Positions 1 through 9,912 of a stretch of DNA of 64,000 nt are shown here, one piece after another (position 1 is the stretch's first letter; every line of letters starts with the position of its first letter). The notes beneath the pieces were generated by a model. That model worked only from the letters and a program-made list of their open reading frames with translations. It had not been told where the DNA came from and ran no database searches. The stretch spans positions 186,001 through 250,000 of the forward strand of contig NZ_MWQY01000002.1 in NCBI RefSeq assembly GCF_002087085.1, written 5' to 3'. The translations under genes were made by a program, and so were the position numbers.

Positions 1-1028
1 GCAGGGGTGTCTTCCTCGGGGGAATAGATAAAGAAACCGGCCCACAGAAAGCGGCCTGCTTTCAGGAAATCCTCCACCTCCCGGCGGTGACGACGGGTCT
101 CCCCGGGAAAACCGAGAAGAATGGTGGTGCGAAAAACCGCTTCAGGAAGGAGTTTTCGGATCCGCGCAATAAGTTCAAGATAGGTGTCTGCAGTACCCCG
201 ACGTCCCATGCGCCGGAGAATATCCTCTGAGGCATGCTGGAAGGGAATGTCAAAGTAGGGCAGAATCCTTGAATCCGCCTTCATGACGGGCAGGATCTCC
301 TCAGGGAAGCGATCGGGGTGGATATAGAGAAGGCGCACCCAGAAATCCCCGGAAAGGGAGCTGATCCTCCGGAGCAGCTCAGGAAGCTCCTGAGCTCCCC
401 TGTCCCGGCCGAAGGAAGCCAGGTCCTGGGCGACGAGGTTTATTTCGAATATTCCTCTGGACAGAAGTTCCTCAATCTCCTCCAGGATGTCCTCAATCCG
501 CCGGCTGACAACCGGTCCCCGGATAAGGGGAATGGCGCAGTAACTGCAGCGGTTGTCACAGCCCTCGGCGATCTTTACGTAGGCCGTCCCCTTCGAGGAG
601 AGAAGAAGGTTCCGTCGGAGCTCTCTGGGGGCATCAGGGAGGACCAGTACCGGCCGGCCGTCCTCTTCCAGTTCCCCCAGCACTCTTATAACCGCCTGAA
701 GGTCCCGGTTGCCCGCGACGGCATCCGCTTCGGGAAGGGCCATGGTATGGGCATAACGCTGAGCGAGGCAGCCGGCAAGAACGATCTTCTTCTCGGGATA
801 CCGGGCCTTGAGCTCCATGGTAACGGAGATCGATTCCTCCTTTGCCGGCTGAATAAAGCCGCAGGAGTTGACAATAATGGCGTCCGCAGCGGACTGGTCC
901 TCCGTATACGCATACCCCTCATCTTCGAGGAGCCGGATAAGGTATTCCGCATCTACCTGGTTTTTTGCACAGCCCAGATTGACTATGGATACGGCATGTA
1001 TGGAGAAGGAGTTGTTATCGTGTGTCAT
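1..1028 (-). CDS. rimO: Ribosomal protein S12 methylthiotransferase RimO (runs off the window start)
   Basis: Not in the ORF track; translated by hand from ATG 1028: MTHDN...VNLGCAKNQVDAE, VNSCGFIQPAKEES, KKIVLAGCLAQRY, radical-SAM motif YVKIAEGCDNRCSYCAIPLIRG. Confidence 0.92.
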   Translation of the reverse strand, partial: MTHDNNSFSIHAVSIVNLGCAKNQVDAEYLIRLLEDEGYAYTEDQSAADAIIVNSCGFIQPAKEESISVTMELKARYPEKKIVLAGCLAQRYAHTMALPEADAVAGNRDLQAVIRVLGELEEDGRPVLVLPDAPRELRRNLLLSSKGTAYVKIAEGCDNRCSYCAIPLIRGPVVSRRIEDILEEIEELLSRGIFEINLVAQDLASFGRDRGAQELPELLRRISSLSGDFWVRLLYIHPDRFPEEILPVMKADSRILPYFDIPFQHASEDILRRMGRRGTADTYLELIARIRKLLPEAVFRTTILLGFPGETRRHRREVEDFLKAGRFLWAGFFIYSPEEDTP

Positions 1029-1044
1029 TAAGCCGGATTATCCC

Positions 1045-2139
1045 TCAGTACAGGGGGTAGAGAACCAGTTCGTACTCTCCGTCGGTGATCCGCCACTTCA
1101 GCAGCCGGGCTGTCACCTGTCCGGAGCGACCAAAGGAGACCTCTTCACCTTTTATTCGTCCCTGGACCGCCCCCCCGTTGGAAGCCCAGATCTTCAGGCT
1201 GTTGCTGAAATTGAGGCGCAGGACCTCATCCCGCTGAAAAAAGCGTTCCTGCCTGGGTTCGCCGTCGTATTCATAGCGGAACAGGCAGTTTCCCCGGAAG
1301 GATGCCGTCAGGGTTATTACCTCCGGAGAAGGCGCCCGGTACAGAACCTGGGGAGGAACCTCCCGGGAAGCCAGCTGAGTGGTCCCGACGGGAATATCCT
1401 CGGTTATTACTGCCGGCTGCTCAGGGCCTGTAACCGCCTTGTCCAGACGAAGAACCGTCGTGCCGGCAGCGGAATCTATGTCCCGCACCAGGAGATTCAG
1501 ATCATCCCGCCCGTCGCCGTTCAGATCGAGTCTCCGCTCTTCCCCGAGATTCAGGGAAGTCTCTTCTCCCGCCAGGGAAAGGCTCACCTGATCACCGGCT
1601 TCAAGCAGAGAAATGCTGTACTCCGGTCCAAGATCGGGGATTTCAATCCTGGTTCCCGTTTCAAAACGCTGTTCCACGATTTCATCTGTGAAAAGAAAAA
1701 GCGATTCATCCGCAGAAGCGGGAACTTCCCTGACCTGTTCCTGGGCTGCAGCTTCCCCGGCAGAGGAAGATACCGGCTTGTTCAGACGCGGAAAAAACAG
1801 AAACCCCGCGCCCACCGCAGCGAGAACAGTGAGCCCGATAAGGATTAGCAGGACCGGCGAGGGGCCCCGCTTTACCAGCAGCTCATCCATGGGGACCGGC
1901 TGTTCCTGAATCTTGAAATTCTTATACAGAGAGATCATCTCGTTAACATCGAGGCCCAGATAATCGCTGTAATTTCTCAGAAATCCGATCAAATACGGTT
2001 CACCGGGGAAGGCGGAAAAATCCTCCTGCTCCAGGGCCTCGAGATAACTCTTTGCGATGTTCGTATCCCGGCACACCTGGTCCAATGAGTAGCCTTCTTC
2101 CTGGCGCCGGCTCCGTAACTTTTCTCCTATGGATTCCAT
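1045..2139 (-). CDS. rodZ: RodZ-like helix-turn-helix membrane protein
   Basis: N-terminal HTH (IGEKLRSRR...YLEALEQEDF...GFLRNYSDYLGL), single TM helix, C-terminal DUF4115-like region (IWASNGGAV); lolA-rodZ-rimO order. Confidence 0.8.
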   Translation of the reverse strand: MESIGEKLRSRRQEEGYSLDQVCRDTNIAKSYLEALEQEDFSAFPGEPYLIGFLRNYSDYLGLDVNEMISLYKNFKIQEQPVPMDELLVKRGPSPVLLILIGLTVLAAVGAGFLFFPRLNKPVSSSAGEAAAQEQVREVPASADESLFLFTDEIVEQRFETGTRIEIPDLGPEYSISLLEAGDQVSLSLAGEETSLNLGEERRLDLNGDGRDDLNLLVRDIDSAAGTTVLRLDKAVTGPEQPAVITEDIPVGTTQLASREVPPQVLYRAPSPEVITLTASFRGNCLFRYEYDGEPRQERFFQRDEVLRLNFSNSLKIWASNGGAVQGRIKGEEVSFGRSGQVTARLLKWRITDGEYELVLYPLY

Positions 2140-2145
2140 TCCTAC

Positions 2146-2850
2146 CTACTCATCGGGGAAGATAAAATTATCAATAACATACGATGACGAGGGACTCTCA
2201 TAGTCGAATCTCGCCTCGGGAATGTTCTGATTTGTTTTCAGATTTTCAAGATCTATCTGGATCTCATCGTAATCCTTGGTTATTCCGCTCAAGCGCCGGA
2301 TAAATCCGTTTTCGCCCACGGACATTTCAATCTGCCGAAACCCCTCGTCGGTGTTTTTCCAGACCAGATTAAGCTTTATTACCTGCTCCCTGGAATCGGC
2401 CTCCAGAGGAACATAACCGGGGGTTTCCTTGTAGGCGATACTGTAGCCCTGACGAAAAAGACGCAGCCCCTGGGCATCGCTGTCTGATCCGGAGAGTCTC
2501 TGATTGAGGGTAACACTCTGTTCCGGCAGATATACCGTAAGCAGGCTGCCGTCGGAGACAATAACCTGGTCCTCGGGTTCAGTAAAGTTGATCCGTATGC
2601 GATTGGGATTCTTGTAGTAGATAACCCCGGTCAGAACGCTGTCGGGCTGGGTGATGGTAATGTCCGCCTCGTAATCCTGAATAAACTCATACCTCTCGGA
2701 CATCTGGTCGAAAAACTGGGATGCCGTCAGGATTTCCTGGGAAAAGAGGGGAACGCCGCTGCCGCATAATCCGAGCACGACCATTACAACAGAGATATAT
2801 ATAAACCTGTTAATTCTTTTATTCGTCCGCATTAGAACCATCTTACTCAA
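2146..2850 (-). CDS. lolA: Outer-membrane lipoprotein carrier LolA family protein (start uncertain)
   Basis: Signal peptide; GVIYYKNPNRIRINFTEPEDQVIVSDGSLLTVYLP LolA-type motif. Confidence 0.8.
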   Translation of the reverse strand: MSKMVLMRTNKRINRFIYISVVMVVLGLCGSGVPLFSQEILTASQFFDQMSERYEFIQDYEADITITQPDSVLTGVIYYKNPNRIRINFTEPEDQVIVSDGSLLTVYLPEQSVTLNQRLSGSDSDAQGLRLFRQGYSIAYKETPGYVPLEADSREQVIKLNLVWKNTDEGFRQIEMSVGENGFIRRLSGITKDYDEIQIDLENLKTNQNIPEARFDYESPSSSYVIDNFIFPDE

Positions 2851-2863
2851 GAGATACCATTTG

Positions 2864-5302
2864 TCAAGATTCTCCTATTTTCCGCAGAATAATCCTGCGC
2901 AGGGCCGGATCGTTGAGTTTCAGATACCCTCCGCATTCGCAGACAAAACGGGAATTCTCCAGTCGTTGGGAAGCACAGGAGACGCAATAGACCCGTCCGC
3001 ATTGTTCACACTTTCCCGCAGGGGCGTCGGGAGGGGGTTCGCCATGGAGACGCAGGGGGGGAACCGGATCATTGCTCTTTGCCTCCCGCCACTCTCTGCC
3101 GCAGGATGAACAGCAATAGCTGTCATAGGCGGCATCCTGGAATCTCTGTTTCAACAGCAGGAAGCGCCGGCCGGGTTCCGGCAGCGCCTTCTCCGCGGCC
3201 GTGATGGCTTCTTCCGCTTCGGGGAATTTTCGCCGGGTAATCAGGAGTTCGATCAGGTTTTCATGGGCCTCGGAAATCCCGGGTCGGATGCGTATGGCTT
3301 CGGTGTAGGCGGTTTCCGCCCTGAGAAACTCACTCTTCATCCAGGCGCAGTTGCCGATTCCCGTCATTGCGGCGGGATCTTCCGCCTCCTCGAGAACTTC
3401 CTGATACAGTTCCTCCGCCCGGCTGATCATATCCACTTTAAGACAGGCGGCGGCACAGTTCATACGATAATCCCTGTTCTCCGGCGCCATTCTGATTACC
3501 TTCTCATAGAGCCGGACAGCGCCGTCAAGATCGCCCCGGGAGACCAGCAGGTTTGCCCGCTGATTCAGAAGGGCATGGGATTTCCCGGCCCATGCTCCGA
3601 GGTTGTCCAGGTAAGCGATTCCGGCCTCCGGGCCCTCCTCCAGGCTAATCAGATAGGCCATGTTCGCCTGTATCTCCTCCTCTTCCGGGGCCGCGGCGAG
3701 AGCCGCGGACAGCAGCTCCCGTGCTCCGGACAGGTCCCCCTTCTGGGCCCGCAGGAGACCCGTCAGGTTAAGAGCCCACTGGTTACCCGGGGCCAGGGAC
3801 CGCGCTTTTTCCGCCTCATCCAGGGCATCCAGCCCCAGGGCATGCAGATTGTCGGCGAGTTTGAGCCAGTACAGGTAATAATCCGGCTCCGCCTGGGCCG
3901 CCTGAAACAGAAAATCAACTGCTTCATGACGCCTGCCTTTCATGGCAAGCAGTGTCCCGTGTAAAAAGAGGACCGAGCTCTCCTCATATCCTTCCCGGAT
4001 CAGGGCCTCGAAGATTTCTCCGGCTTTTTCATAATCCTCCCTTCCGAAAAGGACCTTGGCCTCCAGGGCGCGAAGCTCCGGACTGTCCCCGGCGAGTTCC
4101 CGTATGGCAGGGAGAATCCCTTCCAGGTCGAAATAGGCCTCTTCTGCAAAATAGAGTCCGGCGGCGGTCATGTAATCAGACAGGGCGGTCCCGGAATCCC
4201 CCATCCGCTCCCTGGCCCGGGCAGCGTTGACAAATAACAGAGGGATCCCGCTGTTTATCCCGCAGGCCCGCGTGTAGGCGTCCGCGGCGTTTTCCCAGTT
4301 CCCTACCCCGAACTCACCGTGGCCAAGAAGGTTCCAGATCATTTCGTCGTCGGGAAATTTCTCGACTTGCTCCCTCAGGTAATCCTTGAGCTCCAGAAAA
4401 CGGTTTTCCATGTACAGAAGGTTGGCCTTTTCCCTGACGGCCTGGAGATAATCAGGATCGATCTTCAGGCACTCCTCAATAGCTGTCAGGGCCTCGGGAA
4501 AGAGTCCGAGCTGAAGGCAGCATTCTGCGAAGAGGAAATACTCATCCCGTCCGGGGGCTCCCTGAGAGAAGGCCCTGCGCAGCTGTACAAGGGCGGCGGC
4601 AAAATGTCCTATTCCATGGAGAGACTCGGCAAGGGCGATGCGCCGAGGTCGCGGCGGGTCCTGTACCCGTGCCCAGCGGTAATATGCCGCTTCCACCTCG
4701 ATGGGAATTGAATTGAGATCAAGCTTTTCCAGGAGAAACTCTGCATGGTCTGATTCACCGTAATTCTGTCCGCCGAAGGCTATTCTGCCGCTGTGAAGAT
4801 TATCATCGGAAAACTCCCCTACCCACTCGCCGTTTATGGTGAACACAAAGGAATCGTCCCTGGCAATAAGCCCCAGGCGGAGAAGCCCTTTTTCCGGAAG
4901 AGGGGCCGGAGTCCAGGGTATGAGGGTCATGGGCGAATCGTTAAAAACCAGATCAAACCGGAAGTAGCCGTGATTGGAGACGAGAAAATAGTAGTAGCCT
5001 CCGTCCTCGATATACCGCAGAAGAAAACCCGCAGCAGAATAGCCGTTCCCGTCGGGAATACGTATGTCAGCTTCGAGGTACAAATCCCGGTAGCGATACA
5101 GGGGATCAGTGACCCAGGCAAAAACATTCTTCCGGGTCAATTGCAGTTGAAGAGCGCCCTTTTCCTGAGAAGCTTTATAGCCGTGCCCCTCTTCCCGGGG
5201 GGGAAAACGGCGGCGGCTGAGACGTGAAAACGATGTTTTCCATCGTTCTTCCACCAGATCATCAGGATCATGTTGCTGCTTTTTCCGAAGCCAGTTGAGC
5301 AT
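2864..5302 (-). CDS. TPR protein with N-terminal beta-sandwich (ConA-like) domain and C-terminal Cys-rich Zn-binding region
   Basis: 812 aa; many TPR helices; C-terminus CSSCGREW...CEQCGRVYCVSC...CECGG. Confidence 0.75.
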   Translation of the reverse strand: MLNWLRKKQQHDPDDLVEERWKTSFSRLSRRRFPPREEGHGYKASQEKGALQLQLTRKNVFAWVTDPLYRYRDLYLEADIRIPDGNGYSAAGFLLRYIEDGGYYYFLVSNHGYFRFDLVFNDSPMTLIPWTPAPLPEKGLLRLGLIARDDSFVFTINGEWVGEFSDDNLHSGRIAFGGQNYGESDHAEFLLEKLDLNSIPIEVEAAYYRWARVQDPPRPRRIALAESLHGIGHFAAALVQLRRAFSQGAPGRDEYFLFAECCLQLGLFPEALTAIEECLKIDPDYLQAVREKANLLYMENRFLELKDYLREQVEKFPDDEMIWNLLGHGEFGVGNWENAADAYTRACGINSGIPLLFVNAARARERMGDSGTALSDYMTAAGLYFAEEAYFDLEGILPAIRELAGDSPELRALEAKVLFGREDYEKAGEIFEALIREGYEESSVLFLHGTLLAMKGRRHEAVDFLFQAAQAEPDYYLYWLKLADNLHALGLDALDEAEKARSLAPGNQWALNLTGLLRAQKGDLSGARELLSAALAAAPEEEEIQANMAYLISLEEGPEAGIAYLDNLGAWAGKSHALLNQRANLLVSRGDLDGAVRLYEKVIRMAPENRDYRMNCAAACLKVDMISRAEELYQEVLEEAEDPAAMTGIGNCAWMKSEFLRAETAYTEAIRIRPGISEAHENLIELLITRRKFPEAEEAITAAEKALPEPGRRFLLLKQRFQDAAYDSYCCSSCGREWREAKSNDPVPPLRLHGEPPPDAPAGKCEQCGRVYCVSCASQRLENSRFVCECGGYLKLNDPALRRIILRKIGES

Positions 5303-5354
5303 TGCCTTAGTATACGGAAGGGCACCCCGTCAGTCCACACCCGCAGCAGGCTGC

Positions 5355-5383
5355 TTGCCATCCTCGAAGGCGACGGGTATAGT
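5355..5383 (+). promoter_or_regulatory. sigma70-type promoter of pyrH (leaderless geometry)
   Basis: TTGCCA-17 bp-TATAGT, then 6 nt to ATG 5390; no Shine-Dalgarno. Confidence 0.65.
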
Positions 5384-5389
5384 AATTTC

Positions 5390-6076
5390 ATGGTAAGCAT
5401 CATTTCACTCGGCGGCTCCATTGTCGCACCGGATACCCCGGATGTACCCTTTATTCAGCGATTTTCCGCCCTCGTCCGGGAGTACCTGGCAGAAAAGGAG
5501 GACCGCAGGATTATTCTCATAGTCGGAGGAGGCGGACCCGCCAGGGCTTATCAGCAGGCCTACAGAGACATAAGCGGGAAAACCCATTCGGAGGAGCAGG
5601 ACTGGATCGGCATCATGGCAACCAGGCTCAATGCCCAGCTGATACGGGGAGTATTCGCTGACCTGTGCCCGGACCCGGTAGTGACCGACCCGACGGCGGT
5701 CCGGGAGATGACCGGAAGGGTACTGGTCGCCGCAGGCTGGAAACCAGGCTTCTCCACTGATACCGACGCCGTCTACCTTGCTGAACAGTTCGGTGCCGAC
5801 AGGGTGATCAACCTTTCCAACATAGCCAAAGTCTATACCGATGATCCCAGAACAAATCCGGAGGCCGAACCCCTGGACAGGATCTCCTGGGAAGAGTTTC
5901 GAAGGATGATCGGCGACGAGTGGACTCCCGGCCGCAACGTGCCCTTTGATCCTGTGGCCACAAAAAAGGCGGCCGAACTCGGCCTCAGGGTGATATGCGC
6001 CGCCGGAAGGGACATTGAAAACCTTGCCCGGCTTCTGCGGGGAGAACGGTTCGAGGGAACCCTTATCGGCGAATAG
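5390..6076 (+). CDS. pyrH: UMP kinase (short, archaeal/spirochaete type)
   Basis: IISLGGS, IVGGGGPAR, DWIGIMATRLNA, GWKPGFSTDTDA, VYTDDPR, PFDPVA; start set at ATG 5390 behind a -10 box. Confidence 0.9.
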   Translation: MVSIISLGGSIVAPDTPDVPFIQRFSALVREYLAEKEDRRIILIVGGGGPARAYQQAYRDISGKTHSEEQDWIGIMATRLNAQLIRGVFADLCPDPVVTDPTAVREMTGRVLVAAGWKPGFSTDTDAVYLAEQFGADRVINLSNIAKVYTDDPRTNPEAEPLDRISWEEFRRMIGDEWTPGRNVPFDPVATKKAAELGLRVICAAGRDIENLARLLRGERFEGTLIGE

Positions 6077-7022
6077 CGCCCTTCCGGTAATGCCACAGGA
6101 CCCGGGAGTAGTCATCCGGAAAAGGATTCGACCGGGTGAAATCGGGCAGCCATTCCGCCGTGCCGGAGGGTTCCTGAAGGAAGCCCTCCTCGATTCCCGC
6201 TTCCGCGAGAGCATCCGAAAGAAGCTCGTACTCGAAGGCTGAGATCCCCCGCTCACATCCGGGATCCCGGGGATTCAGGTACTGGGTCATCAGCGAGAAG
6301 ATCCCCCGTGAACCGACATTCCGTCCATACCAGCGGATCACATCGAGACTCTCCTCAATATATTCAGGCAGCACCAGGTGACGGACTATAACCCCGCGTA
6401 CAAGGGTTTCGCCGTCATACGCGGTATCCCGGTCCTTCAGCATCACGGGCAGCACCTCACGGATGACATCAGGATAATCCCCCCGCCCTGTTTCTCGTAT
6501 CGCCAGAGTAGAGGAGAGGGTTTTGATGTCCGTCAGGAAAATATCGATCCAGGGCTTGAGCATATCAAGGGCAGAGGCAGACTCGAAGCCTGATGTATTC
6601 CACACCGTCGGGATTCCAAGTCCCCGGGAGCGGGCGATTTCCAGAGCATAAACAATGGAGGGGATAAACTGGGTAGCGGTAACGAAGTTAATGTTGGCAG
6701 CTCCCTCAGTCTCCAGATGAAGCATTATCTCCGCCAGCTCTTCGGCCGAAACGCCTCTGCCGGCCCCCTCCCGGCTCAGCTGCCAGTTCTGGCAGTCCCG
6801 GCAGCCCAGGGTGCAGCCGCTGAAAAAAAGAGCACCGGACCCCGCTCCGGCAACAAGGGGAGGCTCTTCTCCCCGGTGCAGGGTTGCACAGGCCAGCCTG
6901 ATTTCGGAGCTCTGCCCGCAGAAGCCGGTATGCCCTGTGGTCCTGTCGATACTGCAGACTCTGGGACACAGAGAACAGAGTCGATAACCGGCAGCCGGGA
7001 ATGATTGACTATAACTGTTCAT
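6063..7022 (-). CDS. Radical SAM protein, PflX-like
   Basis: CSLCPRVC..DR, HRGEEPPL, FFSGCTLGCRDCQN (CxxxCxxC), VIVRHLVLP. Confidence 0.85.
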   Translation of the reverse strand: MNSYSQSFPAAGYRLCSLCPRVCSIDRTTGHTGFCGQSSEIRLACATLHRGEEPPLVAGAGSGALFFSGCTLGCRDCQNWQLSREGAGRGVSAEELAEIMLHLETEGAANINFVTATQFIPSIVYALEIARSRGLGIPTVWNTSGFESASALDMLKPWIDIFLTDIKTLSSTLAIRETGRGDYPDVIREVLPVMLKDRDTAYDGETLVRGVIVRHLVLPEYIEESLDVIRWYGRNVGSRGIFSLMTQYLNPRDPGCERGISAFEYELLSDALAEAGIEEGFLQEPSGTAEWLPDFTRSNPFPDDYSRVLWHYRKGAIRR

Positions 7023-7199
7023 CTTCTATAATCCTTGCTTACTGTTCGGAATCCTGGAGAAGAATAATGAATACGCGCCTGAGTTGCAGTTGTTTCCCGG
7101 GCACTTTCGCCTATCCGCCAATATTTATCGCTGAAACGGTCTCTGTCAACAGACAGGGCCCTCTTCGGAAAGAAAGCTCCGCAGCAAAGGTTTTTCAGT

Positions 7200-7529
7200 T
7201 CATTTGTTCAGATCACAGCAATCCAGGCGTTTGTTGCCGAAGGACTTCTTGTTGGCGGATATCATCCGGTCGAGAAAACGGGTCCACAGGTTCTTCCGCT
7301 GAGTCCCGGCAACGTCTATCGGATAGCCGATCTCTCTGAAAGTTGCACATACATCGTCCCAGCTTAACAGGTAGGGATCATATATTACCTCCGCCGATCC
7401 TATCGCGAGATTCTCTATTCTGAGCCCCTCCGAATCTGCGAGGCTGCTTTTAATCTTTTCGATACAGCGGTGACAGTGCATTCCCCGGATTATCACATCT
7501 GTTCTTGCTGATACATATCCGTTTTCCAT
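7200..7529 (-). CDS. Heavy-metal-associated (HMA) domain protein with C-terminal LDCC motif
   Basis: GMHCHRC metal-binding motif; C-terminus SFGNKRLDCCDLNK; AGGAGG SD upstream of ATG 7529. Confidence 0.75.
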   Translation of the reverse strand: MENGYVSARTDVIIRGMHCHRCIEKIKSSLADSEGLRIENLAIGSAEVIYDPYLLSWDDVCATFREIGYPIDVAGTQRKNLWTRFLDRMISANKKSFGNKRLDCCDLNK

Positions 7530-8013
7530 GAGCTCCTCCTTTCTAATGCCAGCATGCAGGTATACCCAACAATTCTGCGGGTGGAGCAAATATGCATCCA
7601 CATCAATACCTGCCTATTTTACTAAAATATACCATGCCCGGGTAGGGTATCAAGGCCGCGGGGCCGGTTCTCACCCTGTTTTATCCTGCAGATTTTCAGG
7701 ATATACTGGCCATATGGGGGCTGCAGTATACAGAAAAGCCGCGACGTTGATGCTTGCCGCATGCTTTCCGGTTCTGGGGATAGATTTTCCCGATCAGAGC
7801 GATATCCCCTTCCGGGAGGAAGAGGTTTCCGCCATAAGCGGGAAAACTGCCCTACTCCCCCGTATATCCGGCAGCCTGAGTTATGAGAACGTCATTACCC
7901 GGGATGATACCCAGGTATTCAATCTGCGCTGCGGTATTTACGGAACCGCGGTTCAGTATGACACTATTGGTCTGGGATTTTTTTTCGATTCCATACTTCT
8001 GGCGGGTCCGGTA

Positions 8014-9912
8014 ATCGAGTAGGCGGGGATCAATAATTATTGATCCCAACCTCTCACACCACCGTACGTACCGTCCGGTATACGGCGGTTCAACTAAACA
8101 GACTATGGTACCTGAAATCAAGTACCCCCCGATCAGCCTCCATGCGTTTAGCATAGAGATTCTTGTAATATCCTAATACATCAAGCAGTCCGAAATGTGT
8201 GTGAATCGTCTTGCTATGTAATAGGCAATTCATTGCACCGGCCATCTTCCAGTAGGAGTTACTCCCAAGCTTCCAATGTTTTAAAACCGAGTCACTTACC
8301 CCCAATTGCCTCAGGCGATGTTTACGGTTTCTCCCATTCTTCCACTGTTTCCATAGATACTGGCGAATACGCCTTCTCGTCCATTCCATCAATTGTTCAA
8401 GGTATTTCTTCATGGAACTTCTAGCAAAGTATCCGATCCACCCTCTGAGCATACTGTTCAGCTCTCTAATAACCGTATCGATCTTCACCCCACGATTACG
8501 TCGGGTTATCAACCTGATTCGGTCTTCCAGCTTTTTCAGTTTCTTTTTGTTAGGAATAACCATACCAAGACGCTCACGTTTCCCGTATGTCAGGAAAGTA
8601 AAACCGAGGAAGGACGAGCCTGAGGCTCTCCTCGCCTCCGTCTTATCCACATTCACTCTCAGCTTCAGTTTCCGCTCAAGATAACTCTTTGCATTATCCC
8701 TCACTCGGTACGATGATCTCTTACTCTTTGTGAAGATATTGCAGTCATCTGCGTATCTGACAAAACGAAGTCCCCGATACTCCAGTTCCCTGTCATATGG
8801 GGTCAGGTAGATATTTGACAGCATTGGAGACAGCGGACCGCCCTGAGGAGTTCCCAAAGCTGTTGCCATCATACTGCCGTTCGTCATTACTCCGCTTTTC
8901 AAGAATACGAAAATGAGTCTCCTGATGTCCTTGTCTTCCATGTGCTTGTCCACCAATCCCATCAAGATGTCATGGTTGACGGTGTCGAAGAATTTGGAGA
9001 GATCCAAATCTACAACATGCCGGTAGCCTTCGGACATGTAGGTCTGTGCGAGTCGAACCGCATCCTCAGCGCTTCTGTTTGGGCGGAACCCGAAACTGTA
9101 ATCACTGAATGTCGGCTCGAACACCGGCGTCAGAACCTGGACCATTGCCTGTTGGATTACACGATCAATTGCCGTGGGTATCCCCAGAAGCCGTACTCCT
9201 CCACTGTCTTTGGGAATCTCTACCCGCAGTACAGGCTGTGGTTTGTACTTCCTGCTCACAATCTGTTTACGTATCTCAGGCCAGTGTGCATCGAAGTAGC
9301 CAGGAAGTTCGCTAACTTCCATTTCATCTACCCCGCAAGCGCCTTTGTTCGCCACCACTTTTCTGATGGCTTCCTGGATGTTCGCAAAGGAAATCAGTTG
9401 TTCGCACAAATTGGTGTTCGGTCTTGACTTGTCTTCCTTTCTCATGTGTTCCTTCCCATCTTGTATCATCCCCTGTTCAGGCATTCGCCGTTCGGATTCA
9501 CAGATGGACCTTTCCTCTTTGAAAGGCATTTAGTTGTTCGGCCCTTCACGATGTTTCCTCATCCCTACTATGGCCTCGGCTGACTTCTCATGGCGAGCTT
9601 TACTCCACCTATCATTACCAATATTGCAGGCTAAGATGTCCATGAGACCTCCCCCGTTAAGAATAATGACTTTCCTTCCAGGCAACCGCCACATTTACTG
9701 CATCAGTTGTAGTGTGGATTTCGTCACTCTTTGTAAACTCGTCCACTGATACAGCCTTATATGTGATTTCTGTCCGTCGGTTCGGAAGTTTGCCTCGGAC
9801 TTCCTTCAGACCCAGCCTCGCGACTACGCCCTTGTCGTCAGCTAGCAGTCTCTTTCACACTACCACCTGCAACGGACTTTCACCGTTTAGTCATTACCCA
9901 TGCAGGGCAAAC
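8014..9912 (-). mobile_element. Group II intron, class IIC (~1.9 kb)
   Basis: Minus strand 5' end GTTTGCCCTGCATGGG; short domain V GAACCGCCGTATACCGGACGGTACGTACGGTGGT; domain VI GAGAGGTTGGGATCAATAATTATTGATCCCCGCCTACTCGAT ending in AT; RT ORF inside; lower GC than flanks. Confidence 0.92.
8090..9529 (-). CDS. ltrA: Group II intron reverse transcriptase/maturase (no endonuclease domain; start uncertain)
   Basis: NKGACGVD, RLLGIPTAIDRVIQQA, FSDYSFGFRP, DLDLSKFFD, GTPQGGPLSPMLSNIYL, RYADD, FLGFTF, maturase LNSMLRGWIGYF. Confidence 0.95.
   Translation of the reverse strand: MPFKEERSICESERRMPEQGMIQDGKEHMRKEDKSRPNTNLCEQLISFANIQEAIRKVVANKGACGVDEMEVSELPGYFDAHWPEIRKQIVSRKYKPQPVLRVEIPKDSGGVRLLGIPTAIDRVIQQAMVQVLTPVFEPTFSDYSFGFRPNRSAEDAVRLAQTYMSEGYRHVVDLDLSKFFDTVNHDILMGLVDKHMEDKDIRRLIFVFLKSGVMTNGSMMATALGTPQGGPLSPMLSNIYLTPYDRELEYRGLRFVRYADDCNIFTKSKRSSYRVRDNAKSYLERKLKLRVNVDKTEARRASGSSFLGFTFLTYGKRERLGMVIPNKKKLKKLEDRIRLITRRNRGVKIDTVIRELNSMLRGWIGYFARSSMKKYLEQLMEWTRRRIRQYLWKQWKNGRNRKHRLRQLGVSDSVLKHWKLGSNSYWKMAGAMNCLLHSKTIHTHFGLLDVLGYYKNLYAKRMEADRGVLDFRYHSLFS

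Noticed and set aside
318..1848. Long plus-strand ORFs 318-1031 and 868-1848
   Set aside because: Antisense shadows of rimO and rodZ; no motifs. Long shadow ORFs are expected at this GC content.
5390..6076. Archaeal-type pyrH as recent horizontal transfer
   Set aside because: To my knowledge this type is usual in related spirochaetes, and its composition matches neighbouring genes.
8090..9529. RT as a retron, DGR or defence RT
   Set aside because: It has a maturase domain and is flanked by group II domain V/VI and an intron 5' end; no template/variable repeat pair or retron ncRNA was seen.
9712..9912. N-terminal 67 codons of ORF 9712-10473
   Set aside because: Antisense of intron domain I; the real coding part starts at 9913 as the second half of the split gene.
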